Shown piece after piece: positions 27,001-41,100 of a stretch of 64,000 nt of DNA. The stretch's first letter is position 1. The number at the start of each line of letters is the position of its first letter. The notes under the pieces are model-generated. The model saw only the letters and a list, made by a program, of their open reading frames with translations, did not search any database and was not told where the DNA came from. The stretch is from Bugula neritina (lineage: Eukaryota > Animalia > Bryozoa). Position numbers and translations under genes: made by a program. Where the stretch lies: contig OZ037766.1 of NCBI GenBank assembly GCA_964035545.1, positions 14,684,722 through 14,748,721 on the forward strand, written 5' to 3'.

Positions 27001-30000
27001 AATAGATTGGAGACTAAATTAACTATTTTTCTATGGCATGAGTCAAAGCAGCTAAAGAAGTGAATGAAGCAAGTTAGTTGTACTCACTTCATTCATAGAA
27101 AAGCCAATTGCACATGCTCCTAGGAGAATTGGGAATTGTACCCTAGGAGAAATGCTGATTGCAATCTTCCTTAGGAGAAATGCCAATTTGCAAAAACAGT
27201 TAGAATATAATGTTAAACAATAATTTTAATAGCTTTTATGAATACTGTGACAGCAGCTTTTTTGTTTAATGATTAAAATGAAAACTTTTCTGTGAAACAT
27301 GTTTTGTGAAATGGGTTTGGCAATAGATTGGTGACTAAATTAACTATTTTTCTATCGCATGAGTCAAAGCAGCTAAAGAAGTGAATGAAGCAAGTAAGTT
27401 GTACTCAGTTCATTCAGAGAAAAGCCAATTGCAATTGCTCCTAGGAGAATTGGGAATTGTACTAGGGGGATTCGCAATCTCCCTAGCAATAAGGTCAAAA
27501 GGTCTTAGGAGAGATGCCAATTGGCATCTCCCCTAGGAGAAATGCTGATTGCAATCCTCCCAAGGAGAAATGCCAATTTGCAATAATAGTTAGAGTATAA
27601 TGTTAAACAATTATTTTAATAGCTTTTATGAATACTGTGGCAGCAGCTTTTTGGTTTAATGATTAAAATGAAAACTTTTCTGTAAAACATTTTTTGTGAA
27701 ATGGGTTTGGCAATAGATTGGTGACTATATTAACTATTTTTCTATGGCATGAGTCAAAGCAGCTAAAGAAGTGAATGAAGCAAGTTAGTTGTACCCACTT
27801 CATTCATAGAAAAGCCAATTGCAATTGCTCCTAGGAGAATTGGGAATTGTACCCTAGGAGAAAGTCTAATTTCAATCTTCCCTAGGAGAAATGCCAAATT
27901 GCAAAAACAGTTAGAGTATAATGTTAAACAATAATTTTAATAGCTTTTATGAATACTGTGACAGCAGCTTTTTTGTTTAATGATTAAAATGAAAACTTTT
28001 CTGTAAAACAATTTTTTGTGAAATGGGTTTGGCAATAGATTGGTGACTAAATTAACTATTTTTCTATGGCATGAGTCAAAGCGGCTAAAGAAGTGAATGA
28101 AGCAAGTAAGTTGTACTCAGTTCATTCAGAGAAAAGCCAATTGCAATTGCTCCTAGGAGAATTGGGAATTGTACTAGGGGGATTCACAATCTCCCTAGCA
28201 ATAAGGTCAAAAGGTCTTAGGAGAGATGCCAATTGGCATCTCCCCTAGAAGGAATGCTGATTGCAATCCTCCCTAGGAGAAATGCCAATTTGCAAAAATA
28301 GTTAGAGTATAATGTTAAACAATTATTTTAATAGCTTTTATGAATACTGTGACAGCAGCTTTTTGGTTTAATGATTGAAATGAAAACTTTTCTGTAAAAC
28401 ATTTTTTGTGAAATGGGTTTGGCAATAGATTGGTGACTATACTAACCATTTTTCTATGGCATGAGTCAAAGCAGCTAAAAAAGTGAATGAAGCAAGTTAG
28501 TTGTACCCACTTCATTCATACAAAAGCCAATTGCAATTGCTCCTAGGAGAATTGGGAATTGTACCCTAGGAGAAAGTCTAATTGCAATCTTCCCTAGGAG
28601 AAATGCCAAATTGCAAAAACAGTTAGAGTATAATGTTAAACAATAATTTTAATAGCTTTTATGAATACTGTGACAGCAGCTTTTTGGTTTAATGATTAAA
28701 ATGAAATCTTTTCTGTAAAACATTTTTTGTTAAATAGGTTTGGCAATAGATTGGAGACTAAATTAACTATTTTTCTATGGCATGAGTCAAAGCAACTAAA
28801 GAAGTGAATGAAGCAAGTTAGTTGTACTCACTTCATTCATAGAAAAGCCAATTGCAATTGCTCCTAGGAGAATTGGGAATTGTACCCTAGGAGAAATGCT
28901 GCTTGCAATCTTCCCTAGGAGAAATGCCAATTTGCAAAAACAGTTAGAGTATAATGTTAAACAATAATTTTAATAGCTTTTATGAATACTGTGATGGCAG
29001 CTTTTTGGTTTAATGATTAAAATGAAAACTTTTCTGTGAAACATGTTTTGTGAAATGGGTTTGGCAATAGATTGGTGACTAAATTAACTATTTTTCTATG
29101 GCATGAGTCAAAGCAGCTAAAGAAGTGAATGAAGCAAGTAAGTTGCACTCAGTTCATTCAGAGAAAAGCCAATCGCAATTGCTCCTAGGAGAATTGGGAA
29201 CTGTACTAGGGGGATTCGCAATCTCCCTAGCAATAAGGTCAAAAGGTCTTAGGAGAGATGCCAATTGGCATCTCCCCTAGGAGAAATGCTGATTGCAATC
29301 CTCCCTAGGAGAAATGCCAATTTGCAAAAATAGTTAGAGTATAATGTTAAACAATTATTTTAATAGCTTTTATGAATACTGTGGCAGCAGCTTTTTGGTT
29401 TAATGATTAAAATGAAAACTTTTCTGTAAAACATTTTTTGTGAAATGGGTTTGGCAATAGATTGGTGACTAAATTAACTATTTTTCTATGGCATGAGTCA
29501 AAACAGCTAAAGAAGTGAATGAAGCAAATTAGTTGTACTCACTTCATTCATAGAAAAGCCAATTGCAATTGCTCCTAGGAGAATTGGGAATTGTACCCTA
29601 GGAGAAAGTCTAATTGCAATCTTCCCTAGGAAAAATGCCAAATTGCAAAAACAGTTAGAGTATAGTGTTAAACAATAATTTTTATAGCTTTTATGAATAC
29701 TGTGACAGCAGCTTTTTGGTTTAATGATTAAAATGAAAACTTTTCTGTAAAACAATTTTGTGTGAAATGGGTTTGGCAATAGATTGGTGACTAAATTAAC
29801 TATTTTTCTATGGCATGAGTCAAAGCAGCTAAAGAAGTGAATGAAGCAAGTAAGTTGTACTCACTTCATTCAGAGAAAAGCCAATCGCAATTGCTCCTAG
29901 GAGAATTGGGAATTGCACTATTGGGATTCGCAATCTCCCTAGCAATAAGGTCAAAAGGCCTTAGGAGAGATGCCAATTGGCATCTCCCCTAGGAGAAGTG

Positions 30001-32150
30001 CTGATTGCAATCCTCCCTAGGAGAAATGCCAATTTGCAAAAACAGTTAGAGTATAATGTTAAACAATAATTTTAATAGCTTTTATGAATACTGTGGCAGC
30101 AGCTTTATGGTTTAATGATTAAAATGAAAACTTTTCTGTAAAACATTTTTTGTGAAATGGGTTTGGCAATAGATTGGAGACTAAATTAACTATTTTTTTA
30201 TGGCATGAGTCAAAGCAGCTAGAGAAGTGAATGAAGCAAGTTAGTTGTACTCACTTCATTCATAGAAAAGCCAATTGCAATTGCTCCTAGGAGAATTGGG
30301 AATTGTACCCTAGGAGAAATGCTGATTGCAATCTTCCTTAGGAGATATACCAATTTGCAAAAACAGTTAGAGTATAATGTTAAACAATAATTTTAATAGC
30401 TTTTATGAATACTGTGACAGCAGCTTTTTTGTTTAATGATTAAAATGAAAACTTTTCTGTGAAACATGTTTTGTGAAATGGGTTTGGCAATAGATTGGTG
30501 ACTAAATTAACTTATTTTCTATCGCATGAGTCAAAGCAGCTAAAGAAGTGAATGAAGCAAGTAAGTTGTACTCACATCATTCAGAGAAAAGCCAATTGCA
30601 ATTGCTCCTAGGAGAATCGGGAATTGTACTAGGGGGATTCGCAATCTCCCTAGCAATAAGGTCAAAAGGTCTTAGGAGAGATGCCAATTGGCATCTCCCC
30701 TAGGAGAAATGCTGATTGCAATCCTCCCTAGGAGAAATGCCAATTTGCAAAAACAGTTAGAGTATAATGTTAAACAATAATTTTAATAGCTTTTATGAAT
30801 ACTGTGGCTGCAGCTTTTTGGTTTAATGATTAAAATGAAAACTTTTCTGTAAAACATTTTTTGTGAAATGGGTTTGGCAATAGATTGGTGACTAAATTAA
30901 CTATTTTTCTAAGGCATGAGTCAAAACAGCTAAAGAAGTGAATGAAGCAAATTAGTTGTACTCACTTCATTCATAGAAAAGCCAATTGCAATTGCTCCTA
31001 GGAGAATTGGGAATTGTACCCTAGGAGAAAGTCTAATTGCAATCTTCCCTAGGAGAAATGCCAATTTGCAAAAACAGTTAGAGTATAATGTTAAACAATA
31101 ATTCTAATAGCTTTTATGAATACTGCGACAGCAGCTTTTTGGTTTAATGATTAAAATGAAAACTTTTCTGTAAAACATTTTTTGTGAAATGGGTTTGGCA
31201 ATAGATTGGTGACTAAATTAACTATATTTTTATGGCATGAGTCAAAGCAGCTAAAGAAGTGAATGAAGCAAGATAGTTGTACTCACTTCATTCATAGAAA
31301 AGCCAATTGCAATTGCTCCTAGGAGAATTGGGAATTGTACCCTAGGAGAAATGCTGATTGCAATCTTCCTTAGGAGAAATGCCAATTTGCAAAAACAGTT
31401 AGAGTATAATGTTAAACAATAATTTTAATAGCTTTTATGAATGCTGTGACAGCAGCTTTTTGGTTTAATGATTAAAATGAAAACTTTTCTGTGAAACATG
31501 TTTTGTGAAATGGGTTTGGCAATAGATTGGTGACTAAATTAACTATTTTTCTATGGCATGAGTCAAAGCAGCTAAAGAAGTGAATGAAGCAAGTAAGTTG
31601 TACTCAGTTCATTCAGAGAAAAGCCAATTGCAATTGCTCCTAGGAGAATTGGGAATTGTACTAGGGGGATTCGCAATCTCCTTAGCAATAAGGTCAAAAG
31701 GTGTTAGGAGAGATGCCAATTGGCATCTCCCCTAGGAGAAATGCTGATTGCAATCCTCCCTAGGAGAAATGCCAATTTGCAAAAATAGTTAGAGTATAAT
31801 GTTAAACAATTATTTTAATAGCTTTTATGAATACTGTGGCAGCAGCTTTTTGGTTTAATGATTAAAATGAAAACTTTTCTGTAAAACATTTTTTGTGAAA
31901 TGGGTTTGGCATTAGATTGGTGACTATATTAACTATTTTTCTATGGCATGAGTCAAAGCAGCTAAAGAAGTGAATGAAGCAAGTTAGTTGTACCCACTTC
32001 ATTCATAGAAAAGCCAATTGCAATTGCTCCTAGGAGAATTGGGAATTGTACCCTAGGAGAAAGTCTAATTGCAATCTTCCCTAGGAGAAATGCCAAATTG
32101 CAAAAACAGTTAGAGTATAATGTTAAACAATAATTTTAATAGCTTTTATG
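1..32150. repeat. Satellite subdomain A: homogeneous and HOR-organised (1,995/1,996-bp 6-mers, 2,386-bp 7-mer), rich in long monomers
   Basis: Diagnostic SNPs recur at fixed offsets: GATAG at 2461/4456 and 11935/13930 (1,995 = 5x321+390); GGTAACT at 20632/22628/24624 (1,996) and 7741/10127 (2,386). 25 of the 31 long monomers lie here. Confidence 0.85.
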
Positions 32151-35100
32151 AATACTGTGACAGCAGCTTTTTGGTTTAATGATTAAAATGAAAACTTTTC
32201 TGTGAAACATTCTTTGTGAAATGGGTTTGGCAATAGATTGGTGACTAAAAAAACTATTTTTCTATGGCATGAGTCAAAGCAGCTAAAGAAGTGAATGAAG
32301 CAAGTTAGTTGTACTCACTTCATTCATAGAAAAGCCAATTGCAATTGCTCCTAGGAGAATTGGGAATCCTCCCTAGGAGAAATGCTAATTGTAATCTTGC
32401 CTAGGAGAAATGCCAATTTGCAAAAACAAATAGAATATAATGTAAAACAATAATTTTAATAGCTTTTATGAATACTGTGACAGAAGCTTTTTGGTTTAAT
32501 GATTAAAATGAAAACTTTTCTGTAAAACAATTTTTGTGAAATGGGTTTGGCAATAGATTGGTGACTAAATTAACTATTTTTCTATGGCATGAGTCAAAGC
32601 AGCTAAAGAAGTGAATGAAGCAAGTTAGTTGTACTCACTTTATTCATAGAAAAGCCAATTGCAATTGCTCCTAGGAGAATTGGGAATTGTACGCTAGGAG
32701 AAATGCTGATTGCAATCTTCCCTAGGAGAAATGCCAATTTGCAAAAACAGTTAGAGTATAATGTTAAACAATAATTTTAATAGCTTTTATGAATACTGTG
32801 ACAGCAGCTTTTTGGTTTAATGATTAAAATGAAAACTTTTCTGTAAAACATTTTTTGTGAAAATGGTTTGGCAATAGATTGGTGACTAAATTAACTATTT
32901 TTCTATGGCATGAGTCAAAGCAGCTAAAGAAGTGAATAAAGCAAGTTAGTTGTACTCACTTCATTCATAGAGATACCAATTGCAATTGCTCCTAGGAGAA
33001 TTGGGAATCCTCCATAGGAGAAATGCGAATTGCAATCTTCCCTAGGAGAAATGCCAATTTGCAAAAACAAATAGAATATAATGTAAAACAATAATTTTAA
33101 TAGCTTTTATGAATACTGTGACAGCAGCTTTTTGGTTTAATGATTAAAATGAAAGCCGTTCTGTGAAACAATTTTTGTGAAATTGGTTTGGCAATAGATT
33201 GGTGACTAAATTAACTATTTTTCTATGGCATGAGTCAAAGCAGCTAAAGAAGTGAATGAAGCAAGTTAGTTGTACTCACTTCATTCATAGAAAAGCCAAT
33301 TGCAATTGCTCCTAGGAGAATTGGGAATTGTACGCTAGGAGAAATGCTGATTGCAATCTTCCTTAGGAGAAATGCCAATTTGCAAAAACAGTTAGAGTAT
33401 AATGTTAAACAATAATTTTAATAGCTTTTATGAATACTGTGACAGCAGCTTTTTGGTTTAATGATTAAAATGAAAACTTTTCTGTAAAACATTTTTTGTG
33501 AAATGGGTTTGGCAATAGATTGGTGACTAAATTAACTATTTTTCTATGGCATGAGTCAAAGCAGCTAAAGAAGTGAATGAAGCAAGTTAGTTGTACTCAC
33601 TTCATTCATAGAAAAGCCAATTGCAATTGCTCCTAGGAGAATTGGGAATTGTACGCTAGGAGAAATGCTGATTGCAATCTTCCCTAGGAGAAATGCCAAT
33701 TTGCAAAAACAGTTAGAGTATAATGTTAAACAATAATTTTAATAGCTTTTATGAATACTGTGACAGCAGCTTTTTGGTTTAATGATTAAAATGAAAACTT
33801 TTCTGTAAAACATTTTTTGTGAAAATGGTTTGGCAATAGATTGGTGACTAAATTAACTATTTTTCTATGGCATGAGTCAAAGCAGCTAAAGAAGTGAATA
33901 AAGCAAGTTAGTTGTACTCACTTCATTCATAGAGATGCCAATTGCAATTGCTCCTAGGAGAATTGGGAATCCTCCATAGGAGAAATGCGAATTGCAATCT
34001 TCCCTAGGAGAAATGCCAATTTGCAAAAACAAATAGAATATAATGTAAAACAATAATTTTAATAGCTTTTATGAATACTGTGACAGCAGCTTTTTGGTTT
34101 AATGATTAAAATGAAAGCCGTTCTGTGAAACAATTTTTGTGAAATTGGTTTGGCAATTGATTCGTGACTAAATTAACTATTTTTCTATGGCATGAGTCAA
34201 AGCAGCTAAAGAAGTGAATGAAGCAAGTTAGTTGTACTCACTTCATTCATAAAAAAGCCAATTGCAATTGCTCCTAGGAGAATTGGGAATTGTACCCTAG
34301 GAGAAATGCTGATTGCAATCTTCCCTAGGAGAAATGCCAATTTGCAAAAACAGTTAGAGTATAATGTTAAACAATAATTTTAATAGCTTTTATGAATACT
34401 GTGACAGCAGCTTTTTTGTTTAATGATTAAAATGAAAGCTGTTCTGTGAAACAATTTTTGTGAAATGGATTTGGCAATAGATTGGTGACTAAAAAAACTA
34501 TTTTTCTATGGCATGAGTCAAAGCAGCTAAAGAAGTAAATGAAGCAAGTTGGTTGTACTCACTTCATTCATAGAAAAGCCAATTGCAATTGCTCCTAGGA
34601 GAATTGGGAATTGTACGCTAGGAGAAATGCTGATTGCAATCTTCCTTAGGAGAAATGCCAATTTGCAAAAACAGTTAGAGTATAATGTTAAACAATAATT
34701 TTAATAGCTTTTATGAATACTGTGACAGCAGCTTTTTGGTTTAATGATTAAAATGAAAACTTTTCTGTAAAACATTTTTTGTGAAAATGGTTTGGCAATA
34801 GATTGGTGACTAAATTAACTATTTTTCTATGGCATGAGTCAAAGCAGCTAAAGAAGTGAATAAAGCAAGTTAGTTGTACTCACTTCATTCATAGAGATGC
34901 CAATTGCAATTGCTCCTAGGAGAATTGGGAATCCTCCATAGGAGAAATGCGAATTGCAATCTTCCCTAGGAGAAATGCCAATTTGCAAAAACAAATAGAA
35001 TATAATGTAAAACAATAATTTTAATAGCTTTTATGAATACTGTGACAGCAGCTTTTTGGTTTAATGATTAAAATGAAAGCCGTTCTGTGAAACAATTTTT

Positions 35101-38100
35101 GTGAAATTGGTTTGGCAATAGATTGGTGACTAAATTAACTATTTTTCTATGGCATGAGTCAAAGCAGCTAAAGAAGTGAATGAAGCAAGTTAGTTGTACT
35201 CACTTCATTCATAAAAAAGCCAATTGCAATTGCTCCTAGGAGAATTGGGAATTGTACCCTAGGAGAAATGCTGATTGCAATCTTCCCTAGGAGAAATGCC
35301 AATTTGCAAAAACAGTTAGAGTATAATGTTAAACAATAATTTTAATAGCTTTTATGAATACTGTGACAGCAGCTTTTTTGTTTAATGATTAAAATGAAAG
35401 CTGTTCTGTGAAACAATTTTTGTGAAATGGATTTGGCAATAGATTGGTGACTAAAAAAACTATTTTTCTATGGCATGAGTCAAAGCAGCTAAAGAAGTGA
35501 ATGAAGCAAGTTAGTTGTACTCACTTCATTCATAGAAAAGCCAATTGCAATTGCTCCTAGGAGAATTGGGAATCCTCCCTAGGGGAAATGCTAATTGTAG
35601 TCTTGCCTAGGAGAAATGCCAATTTGCAAAAACAAATAGAATATAATGTAAAACAATAATTTTAATAGCTTTTATGAATACTGTGACAGAAGCTTTTTGG
35701 TTTAATGATTAAAATGAAAACTTTTCTGTAAAACAATTTTTGTGAAATGGGTTTGGCAATAGATTGGTGACTAAATTAACTATTTTTCTATGGCATGAGT
35801 CAAAGCAGCTAAAGAAGTGAATGAAGCAAGTTAGTTGTACTCACTTCATTCATAAAAAAGCCAATTGCAATTGCTCCTAGGAGAATTGGGAATTGTACCC
35901 TAGGAGAAATGCTGATTGCAATCTTCCCTAGGAGAAATGCCAATTTGCAAAAACAGTTAGAGTATAATGTTAAACAATAATTTTAATAGCTTTTATGAAT
36001 ACTGTGACAGCAGCTTTTTTGTTTAATGATTAAAATGAAAGCTGTTCTGTGAAACAATTTTTGTGAAATGGATTTGGCAATAGATTGGTGACTAAAAAAA
36101 CTATTTTTCTATGGCATGAGTCAAAGCAGCTAAAGAAGTGAATGAAGCAAGTTAGTTGTACTCACTTCATTCATAGAAAAGCCAATTGCAATTGCTCCTA
36201 GGAGAATAGGGAATCCTCCCTAGGGGAAATGCTAATTGTAGTCTTGCCTAGGAGAAATGCCAATTTGCAAAAACAAATAGAATATAATGTAAAACAATAA
36301 TTTTAATAGCTTTTATGAATACTGTGACAGAAGCTTTTTGGTTTAATGATTAAAATGAAAACTTTTCTGTAAAACAATTTTTGTGAAATGGGTTTGGCAA
36401 TAGATTGGTGACTAAATTAACTATTTTTCTATGGCATGAGTCAAAGCAGCTAAAGAAGTGAATGAAGCAAGTTAGTTGTACTCACTTCATTCATAGAAAA
36501 GCCAATTGCAATTGCTCCTAGGAGAATTGGGAATTGTACGCTAGGAGAAATGCTGATTGCAATCTTCCCTAGGAGAAATGCCAATTTGCAAAAACAGTTA
36601 GAGTATAATGTTAAACAATAATTTTAATAGCTTTTATGAATACTGTGACAGCAGCTTTTTGGTTTAATGATTAAAATGAAAACTTTTCTGTAAAACAATT
36701 TTTGTGAAATGGGTTTGGCAATAGATTGGTGACTAAATTAACTATTTTTCTATGGCATGAGTCAAAGCAGCTAAAGAAGTGAATGAAGCAAGTTAGTTGT
36801 ACTCACTTCATTCATAGAAAAGCCAATTGCAATTGCTCCTAGGAGAATTGGGAATTGTACGCTAGGAGAAATGCTGATTGCAATCTTCCCTAGGAGAAAT
36901 GCCAATTTGCAAAAACAGTTAGAGTATAATGTTAAACAATAATTTTAATAGCTTTTATGAATACTGTGACAGCAGCTTTTTGGTTTAATGATTAAAATGA
37001 AAACTTTTCTGTAAAACATTTTTTGTGAAAATGGTTTGGCAATAGATTGGTGACTAAATTAACTATTTTTCTATGGCATGAGTCAAAGCAGCTAAAGAAG
37101 TGAATAAAGCAAGTTAGTTGTACTCACTTCATTCATAGAGATGCCAATTGCAATTGCTCCTAGGAGAATTGGGAATCCTCCATAGGAGAAATGCGAATTG
37201 CAATCTTCCCTAGGAGAAATGCCAATTTGCAAAAACAAATAGAATATAATGTAAAACAATAATTTTAATAGCTTTTATGAATACTGTGACAGCAGCTTTT
37301 TGGTTTAATGATTAAAATGAAAGCCGTTCTGTGAAACAATTTTTGTGAAATTGGTTTGGCAATTGATTGGTGACTAAATTAACTATTTTTCTATGGCATG
37401 AGTCAAAGCAGCTAAAGAAGTGAATGAAGCAAGTTAGTTGTACTCACTTCATTCATAAAAAAGCCAATTGCAATTGCTCCTAGGAGAATTGGGAATTGTA
37501 CCCTAGGAGAAATGCTGATTGCAATCTTCCCTAGGAGAAATGCCAATTTGCAAAAACAGTTAGAGTATAATGTTAAACAATGATTTTAATAGCTTTTATG
37601 AATACTGTGACAGCAGCTTTTTTGTTTAATGATTAAAATGAAAGCTGTTCTGTGAAACAATTTTTGTGAAATGGATTTGGCAATAGATTGGTGACTGAAA
37701 AAACTATTTTTCTATGGCATGAGTCAAAGCAGCTAAAGAAGTAAATGAAGCAAGTTGGTTGTACTCACTTCATTCATAGAAAAGCCAATTGCAATTGCTC
37801 CTAGGAGAATTGGGAATTGTACGCTAGGAGAAATGCTGATTGCAATCTTCCCTAGGAGAAATGCCAATTTGCAAAAACAGTTAGAGTATAATGTTAAACA
37901 ATAATTTTAATAGCTTTTATGAATACTGTGACAGCAGCTTTTTGGTTTAATGATTAAAATGAAAACTTTTCTGTAAAACATTTTTTGTGAAAATGGTTTG
38001 GCAATAGATTGGTGACTAAATTAACTATTTTTCTATGGCATGAGTCAAAGCAGCTAAAGAAGTGAATAAAGCAAGTTAGTTGTACTCACTTCATTCATAG

Positions 38101-41100
38101 AGATGCCAATTGCAATTGCTCCTAGGAGAATTGGGAATCCTCCATAGGAGAAATGCGAATTGCAATCTTCCCTAGGAGAAATGCCAATTTGCAAAAACAA
38201 ATAGAATATAATGTAAAACAATAATTTTAATAGCTTTTATGAATACTGTGACAGAAGCTTTTTGGTTTAATGATTAAAATGAAAACTTTTCTGTAAAACA
38301 ATTTTTGTGAAATGGGTTTGGCAATAGATTGGTGACTAAATTAACTATTTTTCTATGGCATGAGTCAAAGCAGCTAAAGAAGTGAATGAAGCAAGTTAGT
38401 TGTACTCACTTCATTCATAGAAAAGCCAATTGCAATTGCTCCTAGGAGAATTGGGAATTGTACGCTAGGAGAAATGCTGATTGCAATCTTCCCTAGGAGA
38501 AATGCCAATTTGCAAAAACAGTTAGAGTATAATGTTAAACAATAATTTTAATAGCTTTTATGAATACTGTGACAGCAGCTTTTTGGTTTAATGATTAAAA
38601 TGAAAACTTTTCTGTAAAACATTTTTTGTGAAAATGGTTTGGCAATAGATTGGTGACTAAATTAACTATTTTTCTATGGCATGAGTCAAAGCAGCTAAAG
38701 AAGTGAATAAAGCAAGTTAGTTGTACTCACTTCATTCATAGAGATGCCAATTGCAATTGCTCCTAGGAGAATTGGGAATCCTCCATAGGAGAAATGCGAA
38801 TTGCAATCTTCCCTAGGAGAAATGCCAATTTGCAAAAACAAATAGAATATAATGTAAAACAATAATTTTAATAGCTTTTATGAATACTGTGACAGCAGCT
38901 TTTTGGTTTAATGATTAAAATGAAAGCCGTTCTGTGAAACAATTTTTGTGAAATTGGTTTGGCAATTGATTGGTGACTAAATTAACTATTTTTCTATGGC
39001 ATGAGTCAAAGCAGCTAAAGAAGTGAATGAAGCAAGTTAGTTGTACTCACTTCATTCATAAAAAAGCCAATTGCAATTGCTCCTAGGAGAATTGGGAATT
39101 GTACCCTAGGAGAAATGCTGATTGCAATCTTCCCTAGGAGAAATGCCAATTTGCAAAAACAGTTAGAGTATAATGTTAAACAATGATTTTAATAGCTTTT
39201 ATGAATACTGTGACAGCAGCTTTTTTGTTTAATGATTAAAATGAAAGCTGTTCTGTGAAACAATTTTTGTGAAATGGATTTGGCAATAGATTGGTGACTG
39301 AAAAAACTATTTTTCTATGGCATGAGTCAAAGCAGCTAAAGAAGTAAATGAAGCAAGTTGGTTGTACTCACTTCATTCATAGAAAAGCCAATTGCAATTG
39401 CTCCTAGGAGAATTGGGAATTGTACGCTAGGAGAAATGCTGATTGCAATCTTCCTTAGGAGAAATGCCAATTTGCAAAAACAGTTAGAGTATAATGTTAA
39501 ACAATAATTTTAATAGCTTTTATGAATACTGTGACAGCAGCTTTTTGGTTTAATGATTAAAATGAAAATTTTTCTGTAAAACATTTTTTGTGAAAATGGT
39601 TTGGCAATAGATTGGTGACTAAATTAACTATTTTTCTATGGCATGAGTCAAAGCAGCTAAAGAAGTGAATAAAGCAAGTTAGTTGTACTCACTTCATTCA
39701 TAGAGATGCCAATTGCAATTGCTCCTAGGAGAATTGGGAATCCTCCCTAGGAAAAATGCTAGTTGCAATCTTGCCTAGGAGAAATGCCAATTTGCAAAAA
39801 CAAATAGAATATAATGTAAAACAATAGTTTTAATAGCTTTTATGAATACTGTGACAGCAGCTTTTTGGTTTAATGATTAAAATGAAAGCCGTTCTGTGAA
39901 ACAATTTTTGTGAAATGGGTTTGGCAATAGATTGGTGACTATATTAACTATTTTTCTATGGCATGAGTCAAAGCAGCTAAAGAAGTGAATGAAGCAAGTT
40001 AGTTGTACTCACTTCATTCATAGAAAAGCCAATTGCAATTGCTCCTAGGAGAATTGGGAATCCTCCCTAGGAGAAATGCTAATTGCAATTTTCCCTAGGA
40101 GAAATGCCAATTTGCAAAAACAAATAGAATATAATGTAAAACAATAATTTTAATAGCTTTTATGAATACTGTGACAGCAGCTTTTTGGTTTAATGATTAA
40201 AATGAAAGCGTTCTGTGAAACAATTTTTGTGAAATAGGTTTGGCAATAGATTGGTGACTAAATTAACTATTTTTCTATGGCATGAGTCAAAGCAGCTAAA
40301 GAAGTGAATGAAGCAAGTTAGTTGTACCCACTTCATTCATAGAGATGCCAATTGCAATTGCTCCTAGGAGAATTGGGAATTGTACCCTAGGAGAAATGCT
40401 GATTGCAATCTTCCCTAGGAGAAATGCCAATTTGCAAAAATAGTTAGAGTATAATGTTAAACAATAATTTTAATAGCTTTTATGAATACTGTGACAGCAG
40501 CTTTTTTGTTTAATGATTAAAATGAAAACTTTTCTGTAAAACATTTTTTGTGAAATGGGTTTGGCAATAGATTGGTGACTAAATTAACTATTTTTCTATA
40601 TCATGAGTCAAAGCAGCTAAAGAAGTGAATGAAGCAAGTTAGTTGTACCCACTTCATTCATAGAGATGCCAATTGCAATTGCTCCTAGGAGAATTGGGAA
40701 TTGTACCCTAAGAGAAATGCTGATTGCAATCTTCCCTAGGAGAAATGCCAATTTGCAAAAATAGTTAGAGTATAATGTTAAACAATAATTTTAATAGCTT
40801 TTATGAATACTGTGACAGCAGCTTTTTTGTTTAATGATTAAAATGAAAACTTTTCTGTAAAACATTTTTTGTGAAATGGGTTTGGCAATAGATTGGTGAC
40901 TAAATTAACTATTTTTCTATATCATGAGTCAAAGCAGCTAAAGAAGTGAATGAAACAAGTAAGTTGTACTCACTTCATTCAGAGAAAAGCCAGTTGCAAT
41001 TGCTCCTAAGAGAATTTGGAATTGTACTAGGGGGATTAGCAATCTCCTAGCAATAAAGTCAAAAGGTCTTAGGAGAGATGCCAATTGGCATCTCCCCTAG

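Noticed and set aside
28315-29779. Minus-strand ORFs of 66 and 90 aa inside the satellite
   Set aside because: They arise from private SNPs that remove stops present in other monomers.
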